From Candidatus Pelearchaeum maunauluense (GTDB lineage Archaea > Thermoproteota > Nitrososphaeria_A > Caldarchaeales > Caldarchaeaceae): a DNA stretch of 64,000 bases. Location: positions 128,001-192,000 of the forward strand of contig JANVYQ010000001.1 in assembly GCA_030059675.1 (NCBI GenBank), in the 5' to 3' direction. Shown here in pieces: positions 1-10,274 of the stretch; the first letter of the stretch is position 1; the number at the start of each line of letters is the position of its first letter. The translations under genes and the position numbers were made by a program. The notes under the pieces were generated by a model. It was not told where the DNA came from. It did not search any database and worked only from the letters and a program-made list of their open reading frames with translations.

Positions 1-108
1 ATGCCAGAGCTTATAGTAACGTTCTCCCTCAAGAATATTGAAGCAGAGCTGGAGCAGGCTATTAGGGCGGTTAATGACTCTGTGCAGCTTCTCGTGGGGC
101 GCTCCTGA
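1..108 (+). CDS. 3' end of a CDS running off the window edge (unknown product)
   Basis: Frame 1 is open from base 1 to TGA at 106-108 (MPELIVTFSLKNIEAELEQAIRAVNDSVQLLVGRS). Confidence 0.35.
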   Translation: MPELIVTFSLKNIEAELEQAIRAVNDSVQLLVGRS

Positions 109-457
109 TTCTACGTTTTACCGCCTCCTTTACTGCTTCGGCGCCGCGTGAGGCGTCTACAACCTCGCGGCCATCTATCACCGCCCAAATCCCATTAGGA
201 AGCCTGTGCCGCATCATGAGCCACGCCCCGCGTGGAGAGAGTGGGTTAACCACGCTCAGCCTAAGTATAGAGCCGAACTCCCTCACAAGCTCCCGATAAA
301 TCACGGAGACCCGCACCTGGTTCTCAGCAACATCACGCGGATACTCGCTTATCTGCATCTCATAGCTATCATGAACCGAGACGCAGAAAGCCTTACACTT
401 ATTGCTATAGACCGTAGGCAGCAACGATAAGAGCTCAACCTTAACCAAACGCACCAA
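71..457 (-). CDS. Hypothetical protein, possibly thioredoxin-like fold
   Basis: 128 aa ORF with CxxxC (CKAFC) and a C-terminal 'AVIDGREV' resembling Trx-fold beta strands. Confidence 0.55.
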   Translation of the reverse strand: MVRLVKVELLSLLPTVYSNKCKAFCVSVHDSYEMQISEYPRDVAENQVRVSVIYRELVREFGSILRLSVVNPLSPRGAWLMMRHRLPNGIWAVIDGREVVDASRGAEAVKEAVKRRIRSAPREAAQSH

Positions 458-671
458 CAGCGGTCTCCACGAGGTTCATGTGCGTGGTTGCTTATTTATC
501 CTACCCTAAAACACTCAAGGCAGCTCATAGTAGCTTCCTGGAGTCCAGCGAGGCGATTATCAGCCAGGCTGGTCTGATTAGGGGGAAAAGCAGGTAGATT
601 GGTAGCATGAGCATAAGAGGTAGAGCTCTCCTCTATAAGAATAAGAGCTAGCGTTATTTGCTAGATAGACC

Positions 672-1823
672 ATGGTGCGGCGCGGCGCTTATGCTGCCAT
701 CCTCGTTCTGGGGATAGTGAGCCTGTTGGGTGATTTTGTGTATGAGGGCGGCCGCGCCGTAATCCCTGGCTACCTACCAGCCCTGGGTGCTTCCGCATTC
801 GTCCTCGGCCTCGTCGGCGGCTTGGGCGATGCGGTGAGCCAGGTCTCGCGCCTGGCTACGGGATACCTAGCCGACAGGACACGCGCATACTGGCCGCTTA
901 CCATAGCTGGCTACTCCATGATAGCAGCAATACCCCTGCTGGCTCTCGCGGCGAGCTGGGAGGCGGCAGCCCTACTGATACTGCTGGAACGCCTCGGGAA
1001 GGCTCTTAGAACACCCGCACGCGACGCAATCCTATCATTCGTCGGCAAGGAGGTGGGGGCTGGAAAGGCCTTCGGAATCCACGAGTTCCTAGACCAGCTC
1101 GGAGCCGTCGCTGGTCCTCTGGCCATGGCGCTAATCCTGCTGGAGGCGCGGGGGGCAGGAGGCTACAGCACCGCCCTCGCATGGACACTACCACCATTCG
1201 CGGCGTTGATGGTCGCGATACTCTACGCGTATGGGAGGTTTAGACACATAGCGGTAGCGGGTAAGAGCACGTTGGGCGGCGTCAGGCAAAAGCTGGGTAG
1301 GCGCTTCACCCTATACACGGCGGCGGTATCCATCAACACCCTAGGCCTAATCTACATACTACTAATACCATACAAGGCGGAGCAGATACTCAGCCAAGCC
1401 TGGGCTGTACCGCTCATCTACCTAGCCATACAGCTTATAGATGCGCCAGTAGCTCTTCTAGCTGGCCACTGGTTTGACAAGACTGGGGTCAGGCTTCTTG
1501 CTCTTCCTTTCGTCCTCTCAATACCCGCGACACTCATGACATTATACGCTTATGATATGGCTACGCTCATCGCTGGTGCGGCTGTCTTCGGCGTGGTTCT
1601 GGGGATGCAGGAATCCATCTACAGGGCCAGCGTGGCTGTTATGACGCCAGAAGAGGCGCGCGGCTCCGCCTACGGTGTCTTCAGCGCCGCCTATGGAATT
1701 AGCCTAATGGGAAGCGGCGCAGTATACGGCTACCTCCTCCAAGCACCAGAGATTGCAACAGCTTATGTGGTAATAACACAGCTCGCGGCGCTCACACTAC
1801 TCAGAGCCAGCACGCGAGTTTAA
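672..1823 (+). CDS. MFS transporter
   Basis: About 12 hydrophobic segments; MFS motif A-like GYLADRTR; ERLGKALRTPARDA. Confidence 0.9.
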   Translation: MVRRGAYAAILVLGIVSLLGDFVYEGGRAVIPGYLPALGASAFVLGLVGGLGDAVSQVSRLATGYLADRTRAYWPLTIAGYSMIAAIPLLALAASWEAAALLILLERLGKALRTPARDAILSFVGKEVGAGKAFGIHEFLDQLGAVAGPLAMALILLEARGAGGYSTALAWTLPPFAALMVAILYAYGRFRHIAVAGKSTLGGVRQKLGRRFTLYTAAVSINTLGLIYILLIPYKAEQILSQAWAVPLIYLAIQLIDAPVALLAGHWFDKTGVRLLALPFVLSIPATLMTLYAYDMATLIAGAAVFGVVLGMQESIYRASVAVMTPEEARGSAYGVFSAAYGISLMGSGAVYGYLLQAPEIATAYVVITQLAALTLLRASTRV

Positions 1824-1891
1824 GACCATTATAAGCGTTGGCTGAAACTTTCAAGACGCTGGTTATTAGATAACGCGGAAAAATAACGGGC

Positions 1892-2365
1892 ATGACGTTA
1901 TCTTCGCGCGGTATTATTGGAGGAGCGCTGGGCGGGCTGGTAGGCGCTACTATAATGACCGCCATACTAATCGCCAGCAAAGCAGCTATGGGGCTGCCGC
2001 TGCTGGCTGACTTCATGGTAATGGGAACCTTCGTCGGAGGCGCGGTAGCCGCTGGCTTCGCCGCTCACTACATAGTAGGCCTAGTTGATGGGATAATCTT
2101 CGCAACCATAGTTGCGGTGGTCAAGGCACTAAGACCAACAAGCACGGGCAAGGCGTTAGCCCTAGGAGCGCTATATGGCGTCATACCCTTCATACTGGTC
2201 TTCATACCAGTCTTGATGCTGGGCTTCGCTCCGATAATGATGGCCCTGATGGGCGCTGGAGCAGCTGCCATGCTCCCCACAGTAATAGCGCTGGGATTCG
2301 TAGAGCACTTACTCTTCGGCCTAATCGTCGGAGCCCTGGTCTATCTCTTCAGCAGGGGAGCCTAG
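1892..2365 (+). CDS. Small multi-pass membrane protein (DUF6789/DUF1440-like)
   Basis: 4-5 TM helices with intramembrane His (AAHYIVG, VEHLLFG). Confidence 0.7.
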   Translation: MTLSSRGIIGGALGGLVGATIMTAILIASKAAMGLPLLADFMVMGTFVGGAVAAGFAAHYIVGLVDGIIFATIVAVVKALRPTSTGKALALGALYGVIPFILVFIPVLMLGFAPIMMALMGAGAAAMLPTVIALGFVEHLLFGLIVGALVYLFSRGA

Positions 2366-2836
2366 GCTTGGCATCCACCTATAGCGCAGGTAGAGATACG
2401 CGTTCGTCGTCCATATGGTAGCTATGCCCAGAGCCATTAGCTGTAGAGGCGCGTTAAGCACCGTTGAGACGAAGGCGAGGCCTGCTCCCCCTGTCCCGGC
2501 GATTATTGAGAGGAGGTATAGCCATAGGCCGCAGCAGCCTACGTGTGTGAGGGGTAGGAATGAGACGAACGCGGAGATGAACGAGCCTGAAGCGCTGACC
2601 GATGTTGTTGTCTTGCTCTTTATGCGGCAGCGTTTAGCCGCTAGCTTGGCCTGTAGGTAGCCCTGCACCCAGAGCGAGCCTAGGAAAGCAGCTAGGAACG
2701 GCGCGTTTATCGCGAGTGTAAGCCTTATCGCCATGAGGGGAGGTAGGCTCGGAGTGGCCCCCATAACAACAGCTAGGTAGATTGCTAATCCAACCACGCT
2801 GATAGCAGAGCCGCGCAGCGCTCCCTCCCTATCCAT
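2321..2836 (-). CDS. Membrane protein with a HxGCCG motif
   Basis: ATG at 2836 overlaps the upstream TGA (translational coupling); about 4 TM helices; THVGCCG. Confidence 0.65.
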   Translation of the reverse strand: MDREGALRGSAISVVGLAIYLAVVMGATPSLPPLMAIRLTLAINAPFLAAFLGSLWVQGYLQAKLAAKRCRIKSKTTTSVSASGSFISAFVSFLPLTHVGCCGLWLYLLSIIAGTGGAGLAFVSTVLNAPLQLMALGIATIWTTNAYLYLRYRWMPSLGSPAEEIDQGSDD

Positions 2837-3987
2837 CAGCCACCACCGCCGCCGTAGAGGGGTATGTCTGGGAAGAAGACAGCCCAAGAAAACCAGAAGC
2901 CTGGGAAGATTACAATCTCCCTAAGCTTCCTCCCCTCCAAGGGGCCTGCTACGGCTTCCCCATAGACGTACCACTCGCTCCTAGTCTGCTTATCCACAAT
3001 CTTGCCGTCGCGCCACTCAAACTCCAGCACGGAGCCGTCAAGCCTCCGCTCATAAGCTCTCACAAGCCCCTCCATCGGGCTGAAGACAACAATAGCCCTG
3101 CCAGCAAACTCATCATTAACCACATGCTCCACATAGAGCGTCTCCGCGTGGTAAGCCTTCGCCTCTGGCCCTAGTATGATTCCATAGACCAGTGTCTTGG
3201 GATGAAGCCTATCGTCGCGCTTCTTGATGGGGAACCAGATGTCGTCGCTGGTGTAGTAGAGATACGCCGCATATGGGTCGTCGCCGTAGGGGCGGCTATA
3301 GCCAGTCTCAGGCTACAGCACCTCTGTATATGGATGAAGCTCGCGCCAGAGGCTCCACTTCATCACGTCAACCTGTATCATCTTCAGCTTAGTCCCAGCG
3401 AGGGGGCCGAGTATCGCTATCCCCCACTGCTGGCTCCAGAGCGTATCTGTCCTTCTGTCATACATGACGAGGTTGCTGTTGAAGAGCCTCCCCGACACGC
3501 CGAACTCCACAGGCTCGCCATCTATCACGCGGAGGAAGGCTATTGAGGTGAAGCAGAGGGGGCAGTAGGTAACCGCTATCGGGTCTCCAGCAACTATGTC
3601 ATTCACTATCTCGTGCCAAACGAGTATCTTATGCGGATACGCTCTCGCGACGCCCTTGTAGTAAAGCCCTATAACCATGTCATTAGGTCTAAGGAAGCTC
3701 TCAGCCTCCTCTGCGGAGACGAAGACAGGGCTGTCTATTGATGTGATACCATCCTTCGGCGGGCCTCCTGAGACTATCTCATCTGGAGGCACGACGTATT
3801 TCACTTCAAGACCGTTTGGGAGGCGTGTGGTGCTTACAGCTATGTAGCTGGGTGTTTCACTTACCTTAGCTTCGGCCTCGCCACGTATGGTGGAATCAAT
3901 ACCATTGTCAAGCGCTACGCGTGCGGCAGCCCCAGCCAACGCGGCGAGCGCGACAATCAAAACCACAACCACAAGCCTACTCGGCAT
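2836..3987 (-). pseudogene. DUF3179-family exported protein interrupted by an in-frame TAG at 3313-3315
   Basis: SGGPPKDGI, WHEIVND, TYCPLC, FGVSGRLFNSNLVMYDRRTDTLWSQ. The frame continues EVL*PETGYSRPYGDDPY into the 2836..3132 ORF (FWFSWAVFFP). Confidence 0.85.
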
Positions 3988-4158
3988 AGCTTTACAGCAA
4001 AGCCCAATATGCGTGCACGCTTAAAGCCATAGCCTTGAATCGTTCTGATAACATTATACAAACAGCGCTTATATACCATCCTACCCATAAGTGGTTCCCT
4101 CACTCATCCTAACTTTTACTGCTTGAGCCCTAGGGCTAGAAACTCTCTTTGGAATGAG

Positions 4159-4847
4159 CTAGTTGGACAGGCCTGCCAGGAGCATTTTCCCCAGCTCGGT
4201 TATGCTTATGCTTGAGCGGCCTCGGCGCTGTTTTTCCACGCGGACGAGCCCTAGCTGGAGCAGGCCCTTGCTGTCCTCTGAGCCGTTGATGTGGTAGCTT
4301 AGCAGCGGCTTGCCGTAGCCTGTGAGACTGCTCAGCTCGGTCAGGTCTTTCACGGAGCCCCCAGCGCTTTCAGGATATTCATCTTGGCTTCTGAGATTAT
4401 CTCGTTATAGCTCAGCCTGATTATGGGTAGGAGAACTGGGTGGTTGCCGTCTATCGCTATCGTCTTCAGCCCGTTGATGAACGACGCCGTGAGAGCGGCG
4501 CATCCAAGCTGCTTATCACCACTACTCGCATTAACGATTATCTCGTCAAACCTCCCCTTATTCTCCTCTACGATTTTCCTGAAGCGCATAATAGTATTGT
4601 ATAGGAGCGGCTTCTCAATCACATGGACTTCTGTCGCTATCTTGAGCGCCGTCGCGAGCTGGCCAGCGAATATATGCGCGTTCTCGCGCTCGCTCTCAAC
4701 GGTTACGAGTATGAGCTTGGTTATCGGGAGGTAGCGTATCCCCACTAATATGGCGTCCTTATCCTCCTCCCCGAATGTGGCTATGTGTAGAGTGTCGCGG
4801 GCTATGTCTTGCTTAACCTTCTCCTCAGGCATGTCTTGTTCTGACAA
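4159..4847 (-). pseudogene. CARF-like (DUF6293/Csa3-type) + winged-HTH transcription regulator, frameshifted
   Basis: N-terminal Rossmann-like domain (LHIATFG, IIVNASSGDK) and C-terminal wHTH (LLSYHING...ITELGK). Adding one G to the G5 run at 4358-4362 fuses ORFs 4350..4847 and 4159..4353 (KALGGSVKDL). Confidence 0.75.
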
Positions 4848-4888
4848 GATTACCGTCGGTAGGGTATATGAGCGTAGCCCTTAATGTT

Positions 4889-6466
4889 TTAGGCCGCCTC
4901 GACTATGCGTGTTATCGTCCCTATTCCTTTTGTCTTCCCTTCGCGGAATACGAATCTATCCCCCTCGCGTATATACCAGGGGCGGTACTTGAAGGTCATC
5001 TCAACTTTCCCCGTCTCTCCTGCCTTGAGGTATTCCTTGTCTAGGAGGGTTAGTTTTACGGTTGATGATATTGTGTGGCAGTGTAGCACGGGTTCGTAGC
5101 CGTCGCGTATCCTTGTTGGGTGTGTCAGCACCATTATATCTGCTTCAAACCTCCTCACCGCTCTGGGGTTTAGCGAGGAGTCGCAGAGTATCATGCCGCG
5201 GTGGAGCATATCATGCTTCACGCCCCTTACAGCTACGCCGATTATGTAGCCAGCCTCCGCTTCCGTGATTCTGGCGTAGTGCATCTCTATGCTACGCGCC
5301 TTCACCTGCCTGAACCTCCCCTTCTCGTCTGGGCCTATGAGGAGGTCGCTTCCAGCTATGAGCCTCCCCTGCTTCACCGAGCCCGAGACGACGCTGCCCA
5401 CACCCTCAACATTATACACCCTATCAACATACAGTAGGAAAGGCTCGTTTACTGGTTTCTGTCTGCTGGGTAGCGAGCCGAGGAGCGCGTATAGCTTCTC
5501 GTATCCCTCCAGCCTGGGCGCTGCTGTCCTGATTATGGGGACAACTACTGAGAGCTTGTCGCGGACAACGTCTATGTCTTCCTCTGATGTTATTCGGTAG
5601 GGGACTCTCCCAACCCTCTTGAGGAGGGATGATACGCTCTCCTCCACCTCATCAAGCCTCTCGCCGCTCACCTTATCCGCCTTCGTTATGCATACTATCA
5701 CTGGGAGCTTCATGGCCAGCATTATTCCCAGATGCTCCCGCGTAATGTGCGTCGGGCCGTCATCCGCCGCTACCACGAGGATTCCATAGTCTATGTCCTG
5801 TCCCAGGATTCCGCGTATTGTTGTCCTGAGCCAGGGCTCGTGGCCTACTGTGTCTATGAAGCTTACCAGCTTCTCCGCCTCCAGGGCGATTTTGCTCCGC
5901 TCATTCCTGTCTAGCGGGTTGGAGATTAGGCAGGGCTTGCTCTCCTTAAACCCGAGGAGGGCGAAGTGCACGTCTGCCGAGAGATTTCGCTCAATCTCGT
6001 GGGGCAGTGTGTCTAGGTAGAGCCACTTCTTACCATCATCGGGCTGTCCCGTCATGAGACAGGCGAGGAGCGTGGATTTTCCATGATTCACATGCCCCGC
6101 CACAGCTACTATGATATGATTCTGTATCGCGGGGGCGTAGCTGGAGATTATCACACGGCCGATTATCTTGGAATCCTCTTGGAAGCGCTCTACCCGCTCT
6201 ATAACAGCGCCGCACTCTGCCGCTACGGCGCGCAGAACGTTAAGGCTCTCCTCAAACTCTATCTCGGAAAGCCCCACAGCCTGGCCCTCGTCGCTCACAC
6301 CTAGTATATAGACGGCCTTCCCACCGCCCTGGGCTAGGCGATACTTCATCTGACTAGCCAGGTGCTGCTTCTTCTCATGCTTTAGATGTATGCTTGAGAT
6401 GAGACGCTCCTTAAACTCTATGTGCTTATCCTCTCCGTGTGGGAGGCTGAGCCTCAGCTTTAACAC
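4889..6466 (-). CDS. Archaeal GTPBP1/2-like translational GTPase (aGTPBP) with AlbA/Schlafen-like N-terminal domain
   Basis: G1 GHVNHGKST, G3 DTVGH, G4 TKAD; EF-Tu-like domains II/III (VFREGKTKGIG); N-terminal HIEFKE...YILGVSDEG. Confidence 0.9.
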   Translation of the reverse strand: MLKLRLSLPHGEDKHIEFKERLISSIHLKHEKKQHLASQMKYRLAQGGGKAVYILGVSDEGQAVGLSEIEFEESLNVLRAVAAECGAVIERVERFQEDSKIIGRVIISSYAPAIQNHIIVAVAGHVNHGKSTLLACLMTGQPDDGKKWLYLDTLPHEIERNLSADVHFALLGFKESKPCLISNPLDRNERSKIALEAEKLVSFIDTVGHEPWLRTTIRGILGQDIDYGILVVAADDGPTHITREHLGIMLAMKLPVIVCITKADKVSGERLDEVEESVSSLLKRVGRVPYRITSEEDIDVVRDKLSVVVPIIRTAAPRLEGYEKLYALLGSLPSRQKPVNEPFLLYVDRVYNVEGVGSVVSGSVKQGRLIAGSDLLIGPDEKGRFRQVKARSIEMHYARITEAEAGYIIGVAVRGVKHDMLHRGMILCDSSLNPRAVRRFEADIMVLTHPTRIRDGYEPVLHCHTISSTVKLTLLDKEYLKAGETGKVEMTFKYRPWYIREGDRFVFREGKTKGIGTITRIVEAA

Positions 6467-6512
6467 CTACGGGCCTTTCGCATCAGGCAGCTCTCCACAC
6501 AGATATATAGGC

Positions 6513-6746
6513 TTAGCTTGAGACCACTATGAGCGAGGTTATTGAGGTTACGTTGTAGAGCCTCTTGACGCGGCGGTTTACAACCTCCTTGAGCTTCTCC
6601 ATGCTGTCTGCCTCAACCTTGACGACCGCGTCATACACGCCAAAGACGCGGCGCGCCTCCCTAACTTCGGGGATTGAGGCGAGCTCCTTCAATACCTCAT
6701 CCTCGTGGCCTGGCTTGACATTAAGCAGAAGGAATGCGAGCGCCAT
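6513..6746 (-). CDS. Stand-alone Lrp/AsnC ligand-binding (RAM) domain protein
   Basis: AFLLLNVKPG...VFGVYDAVVKVEA...SITSLIV. Confidence 0.9.
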   Translation of the reverse strand: MALAFLLLNVKPGHEDEVLKELASIPEVREARRVFGVYDAVVKVEADSMEKLKEVVNRRVKRLYNVTSITSLIVVSS

Positions 6747-6945
6747 TTGTATTGACGTTATGATAGCCGATATATAAACGGGAATCTAATCCCTTTCGGC
6801 CAGGGCGGCAAAGCCTTACTATATTTTAATAATAAAGCGATGTTTTAAGAAAGAAAACTTTTACTTCGCTAACGTGGTAGGTTTAAAGCCCTTTTTCAGC
6901 ATCCTCATTAGCAGCCATAGTACATGAAGAGGGTTTTGGGAGGCT

Positions 6946-8595
6946 ATGGCGTCGCTGGGGGAGAGGCTTAGGCAGCTTGGGGTGGTGCGGTCTTCAACCC
7001 ACTCCCCGCCCTACATGATGCACAAGTTCTGGGCGCGCCGCCCCTGGCTGGTGTTCCGCAGGCTAATCACGACATTCACCCGCGAGGGGGATATTATCCT
7101 AGACCCGTTCGCGGGTGGTGGTGTTACGTTGGTTGAGGGGCTCATAACGCGCCGCCGCGTTGTGGCCGCTGATATTAACCCCCTCGCGGTGTTCATCATG
7201 AGGCATGAAGCCAAGCCCCTTGACCTGTCTTCCTTCTCCTCAGCCCTCGCGTGGCTGGAGAGGGAGCTGGGCAACACGATGCGGGACATCTATTCCGCCT
7301 CATGCCCCAGATGCGGCGCTAGGGCAGAGGTGGAGTGGGGCGAATACTCAAGCCAAGACGACAGGCTACTCACACTCAAGCTGGAATGCCCCCTCTGCGG
7401 GTATAGGGGAGTGAAAGAACCATCCGAGAATGACTTAAGCCAAAAAACCACACCCACCAGCTATAGGGTGGTTAGCATACCTCTAGGAGAGAAGACGCGC
7501 GACCTGCTTAGACGCGGCTATAGATACTTCCACGAGCTATTCACACAGCGCAACCTTGCTGCGCTCTTACTTCTCCGCGAAGCTATTGAGCGATGCCCAA
7601 CCGATGAGGAAACTAGAAGCTTCCTCCTATTTGCCTTCAGCAGCACGCTGAAGTGGGCTAGTAAGATGAGCCATAGGAGGGGCGGGATAATAGAGGGCTG
7701 GGCCATGCATGCCTACTGGATATACCCTAGGTATCTGGAGATTAATGTGTGGCGTCAGTTCCTTAACAGGGCTAGAGCTATTGCGAGGGGTAAGAGATAC
7801 ACCAACGAGCATATAGGGGGCTATGCTGTTGAGGCGGGTAGCTTCGGCCAGCTACTCAAGGGAGAGGCCAGCTTTATGGTTCTCAACATGGATGCGCGTA
7901 ATCTACCCATACCCGACCACAGCGTTGATGCCGTGATAACAGACCCGCCATATGGCGGGAACGTGAATTACGCAGAGCTCTCCGACTACTTCCTCTGGTG
8001 GGAAGGCGAGCTATCTCCAAAGAATGGAGAGGTCATAGTTAATGAGACCCGCGGCCTCTCGCTGATGGACTACTCAGAAGGGCTACGCGAGGTCTTCGCC
8101 GAGTGCTGGAGAGTGCTCAAGGACGGAGCACCACTCATCTCAACATTCAACAGCAAGGACATGCGCATAGTAGCTGCGTTCACCTCGGCCCTACGCGGAG
8201 CGGGATTCAGATACATAACAGTATCACAGCAACCCTATCTCAAGGTCTATGAAACAACATTCCACGCCATGCAGGTTGACGCCATGCCCTTTGACTTCAT
8301 CTTCCTCTACCAGAAGGATGTGCGTGGAGAGTTTGACGATGCTAGCCCCCGTGATACCGACGTTATCATTGAGTGGCTCTACGGCGAGCTGGCGTGGTGT
8401 AAGCGGAGAAAGCTGACGGAGCGCGATTACAGGATGCGCACATACCCACGCCTAATCCCTGCGATAAGCTGTCTTGATGCGCGCGATGCTATAGCGCTTG
8501 CCGAGGATTATGAGAGGATGATAAAGGAGGAGCGGGGCTACTTCACCAGCGTTAGGCGTAGGGTGGTGGAGAGGCGGAGAAAGTCCTCCACGTAG
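6946..8595 (+). CDS. Amino-type (N6A/N4C) DNA methyltransferase with Zn ribbon, no adjacent restriction enzyme
   Basis: HKFWARRP; motif I ILDPFAGGG; CPRC/CPLC; motif IV VITDPPY. Confidence 0.85.
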   Translation: MASLGERLRQLGVVRSSTHSPPYMMHKFWARRPWLVFRRLITTFTREGDIILDPFAGGGVTLVEGLITRRRVVAADINPLAVFIMRHEAKPLDLSSFSSALAWLERELGNTMRDIYSASCPRCGARAEVEWGEYSSQDDRLLTLKLECPLCGYRGVKEPSENDLSQKTTPTSYRVVSIPLGEKTRDLLRRGYRYFHELFTQRNLAALLLLREAIERCPTDEETRSFLLFAFSSTLKWASKMSHRRGGIIEGWAMHAYWIYPRYLEINVWRQFLNRARAIARGKRYTNEHIGGYAVEAGSFGQLLKGEASFMVLNMDARNLPIPDHSVDAVITDPPYGGNVNYAELSDYFLWWEGELSPKNGEVIVNETRGLSLMDYSEGLREVFAECWRVLKDGAPLISTFNSKDMRIVAAFTSALRGAGFRYITVSQQPYLKVYETTFHAMQVDAMPFDFIFLYQKDVRGEFDDASPRDTDVIIEWLYGELAWCKRRKLTERDYRMRTYPRLIPAISCLDARDAIALAEDYERMIKEERGYFTSVRRRVVERRRKSST

Positions 8596-8646
8596 CCCCA
8601 GACGCGGTAATGATAATATTATGGCCGTAGCCTGCTGGGGGCTGTC

Positions 8647-10080
8647 ATGATTGAGCGCGCAGAGATGCAGGAGATAGCCAAACGCTACCGCGAGCCTGTG
8701 GAGCTAATACTGGGCTCACACTCAGCGCTTGACGCGCGTTCAGGAGCGCGAAACTACGGGCTACGCTCAATAATATACACGACACGCGGCAGGGCGATAA
8801 TCTACCTCCAGAACATAATCGTGGGCAAGCCGCGTGAGGAGCTGGAAGACATCCCAGAAATATGCAGGCGCGACGTAGCGGTATGCGAAGACCCCGCAGA
8901 CCTAAAGCGCAGGAAGGAATGGAGCCTCGCAATCCTAGTTCTGGACAGGTATGACGAGATTCTCAAATACGTTGACGAGCTGGTTGAGCTGGAGTGCGTG
9001 CAAGTCCCCAACAGGGCGTTCTCCGTCTACGTTGGGGGAGATGAGCGATGCAGCCTGATAGAGGAGAGATTCGCCGTCCCCATACTGGGCTCTAGGAAGC
9101 TCCTAAAAGTGGAGAACAGGGGGGAGATTGAGCGGGATTACTACTGGTTTGCCGAGAAGGCTGGGATACCCACGCCCAAGAAGTATAGCTTCGAGGTCTC
9201 TGGCAGGGGTATTAGGTTCCGCGAGCCCATGGATGAGCCTATGCTGCTGAAGGCCGAACACGCCAAGAGGGAGTTTGAGCGCGTCTTCATCTTCGCGGCG
9301 GACTCTGAAGACCTTGAGGAGAAGGTGGAGAAGGAGGTTGAGGCAGGCAACCTGGGCAGGGAGCAGCTTGAGAACGCGCGGGTTGAGCAGATAGTCCTAG
9401 GCCCCCACGCCAACTTCAACTTCTTCTACTCACCGCTCAACGCAGGCGAGGAATGGGGAGACGTTGACGACGCACTAGCAAGGCTACACGGCCTAACGAT
9501 AGAACAAGCAAGGAAATGCCTAGCCAACGAGCTCCTCTCAATAGACGAGAGGCGCGAGAGCATACTAGACGGCCTAACGCGGATGCCGCTCTCGGTGAGG
9601 AGGAAGATAGAAGAGAAGACCATACCCTCGTTTGAGGTAACGCTCCACTCCATGGTTAGTATGCGCGAGTCCCTGCTTAAGGACGTGCTCAAGTGCGCTG
9701 ACGCGCTACTTCTAACGCTCGCGGAGCATGAGGAGCCTGGGATAATAGGGGCATGGTGCTTGCAGACCATAATAACATGGGATAAGGCAAGCAAATACGG
9801 CTACACACCCACAACCAAGCTAATATACACAACAACAGGCGAAGCAGCAAGGCCAGAGGACTACGGACTATACGACGCACCCACACAAGAAGTGGTGATG
9901 CACATAACAGTAACCCAAGACGTGGCACTACGCCACGGCGGCGGAACAAACGTTCACATGGGAATAGGAGCACAATACGCCAATGCCAGATACCAACACC
10001 AAATGAGCACAGGCGATAGGATAGCATTAGAGATCAAGAGGGCCATGAAATATAAAAGACTTGACGAATTAGTTACTTGA
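8647..10080 (+). CDS. purP: PurP-family ATP-grasp FAICAR synthetase (DUF1246/DUF1297), long variant
   Basis: LGSHSALD, VPNRAFSVY, PHANFNFFYSP, RESLL, MSTGDRIALEI. Confidence 0.85.
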   Translation: MIERAEMQEIAKRYREPVELILGSHSALDARSGARNYGLRSIIYTTRGRAIIYLQNIIVGKPREELEDIPEICRRDVAVCEDPADLKRRKEWSLAILVLDRYDEILKYVDELVELECVQVPNRAFSVYVGGDERCSLIEERFAVPILGSRKLLKVENRGEIERDYYWFAEKAGIPTPKKYSFEVSGRGIRFREPMDEPMLLKAEHAKREFERVFIFAADSEDLEEKVEKEVEAGNLGREQLENARVEQIVLGPHANFNFFYSPLNAGEEWGDVDDALARLHGLTIEQARKCLANELLSIDERRESILDGLTRMPLSVRRKIEEKTIPSFEVTLHSMVSMRESLLKDVLKCADALLLTLAEHEEPGIIGAWCLQTIITWDKASKYGYTPTTKLIYTTTGEAARPEDYGLYDAPTQEVVMHITVTQDVALRHGGGTNVHMGIGAQYANARYQHQMSTGDRIALEIKRAMKYKRLDELVT

Positions 10081-10245
10081 TTTCTTCGCAAAAATACATC
10101 GATAATTACTTCCTTTAATTAATCTAAATCCACGCGACTCTAACCATTCTTTCCCACGAAGATAGTTTTGCTTATTATGAAACTCTATCAATACGATTTT
10201 AACTAGATTATTGAGCAACGTTTCACTTCCTTTTAGAACTTCAAA
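10069..10245 (-). pseudogene. C-terminal remnant of an FkbM-family methyltransferase
   Basis: Manual translation gives FEVLKGSETLLNNLVKIVLIEFH...LESRGF...*; AT-rich; no N-terminus. Confidence 0.55.
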
Positions 10246-10274
10246 CTGGTAGATTCTAGCACTATAGAAGGTGC

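Noticed and set aside
490-615. Short hydrophobic minus-strand ORF (MLMLPIYLLFPLIRP...) and a small hairpin
   Set aside because: Under 30 codons with no recognizable motif; possibly a gene remnant but not supportable.
3313-3315. Selenocysteine in the DUF3179 protein
   Set aside because: The codon is TAG, not TGA, and does not fall at a Cys position; the CPLC motif is intact.
4159-4847. CRISPR-Cas locus implied by a Csa3-like regulator
   Set aside because: No cas genes or repeat-spacer array are visible in the window.
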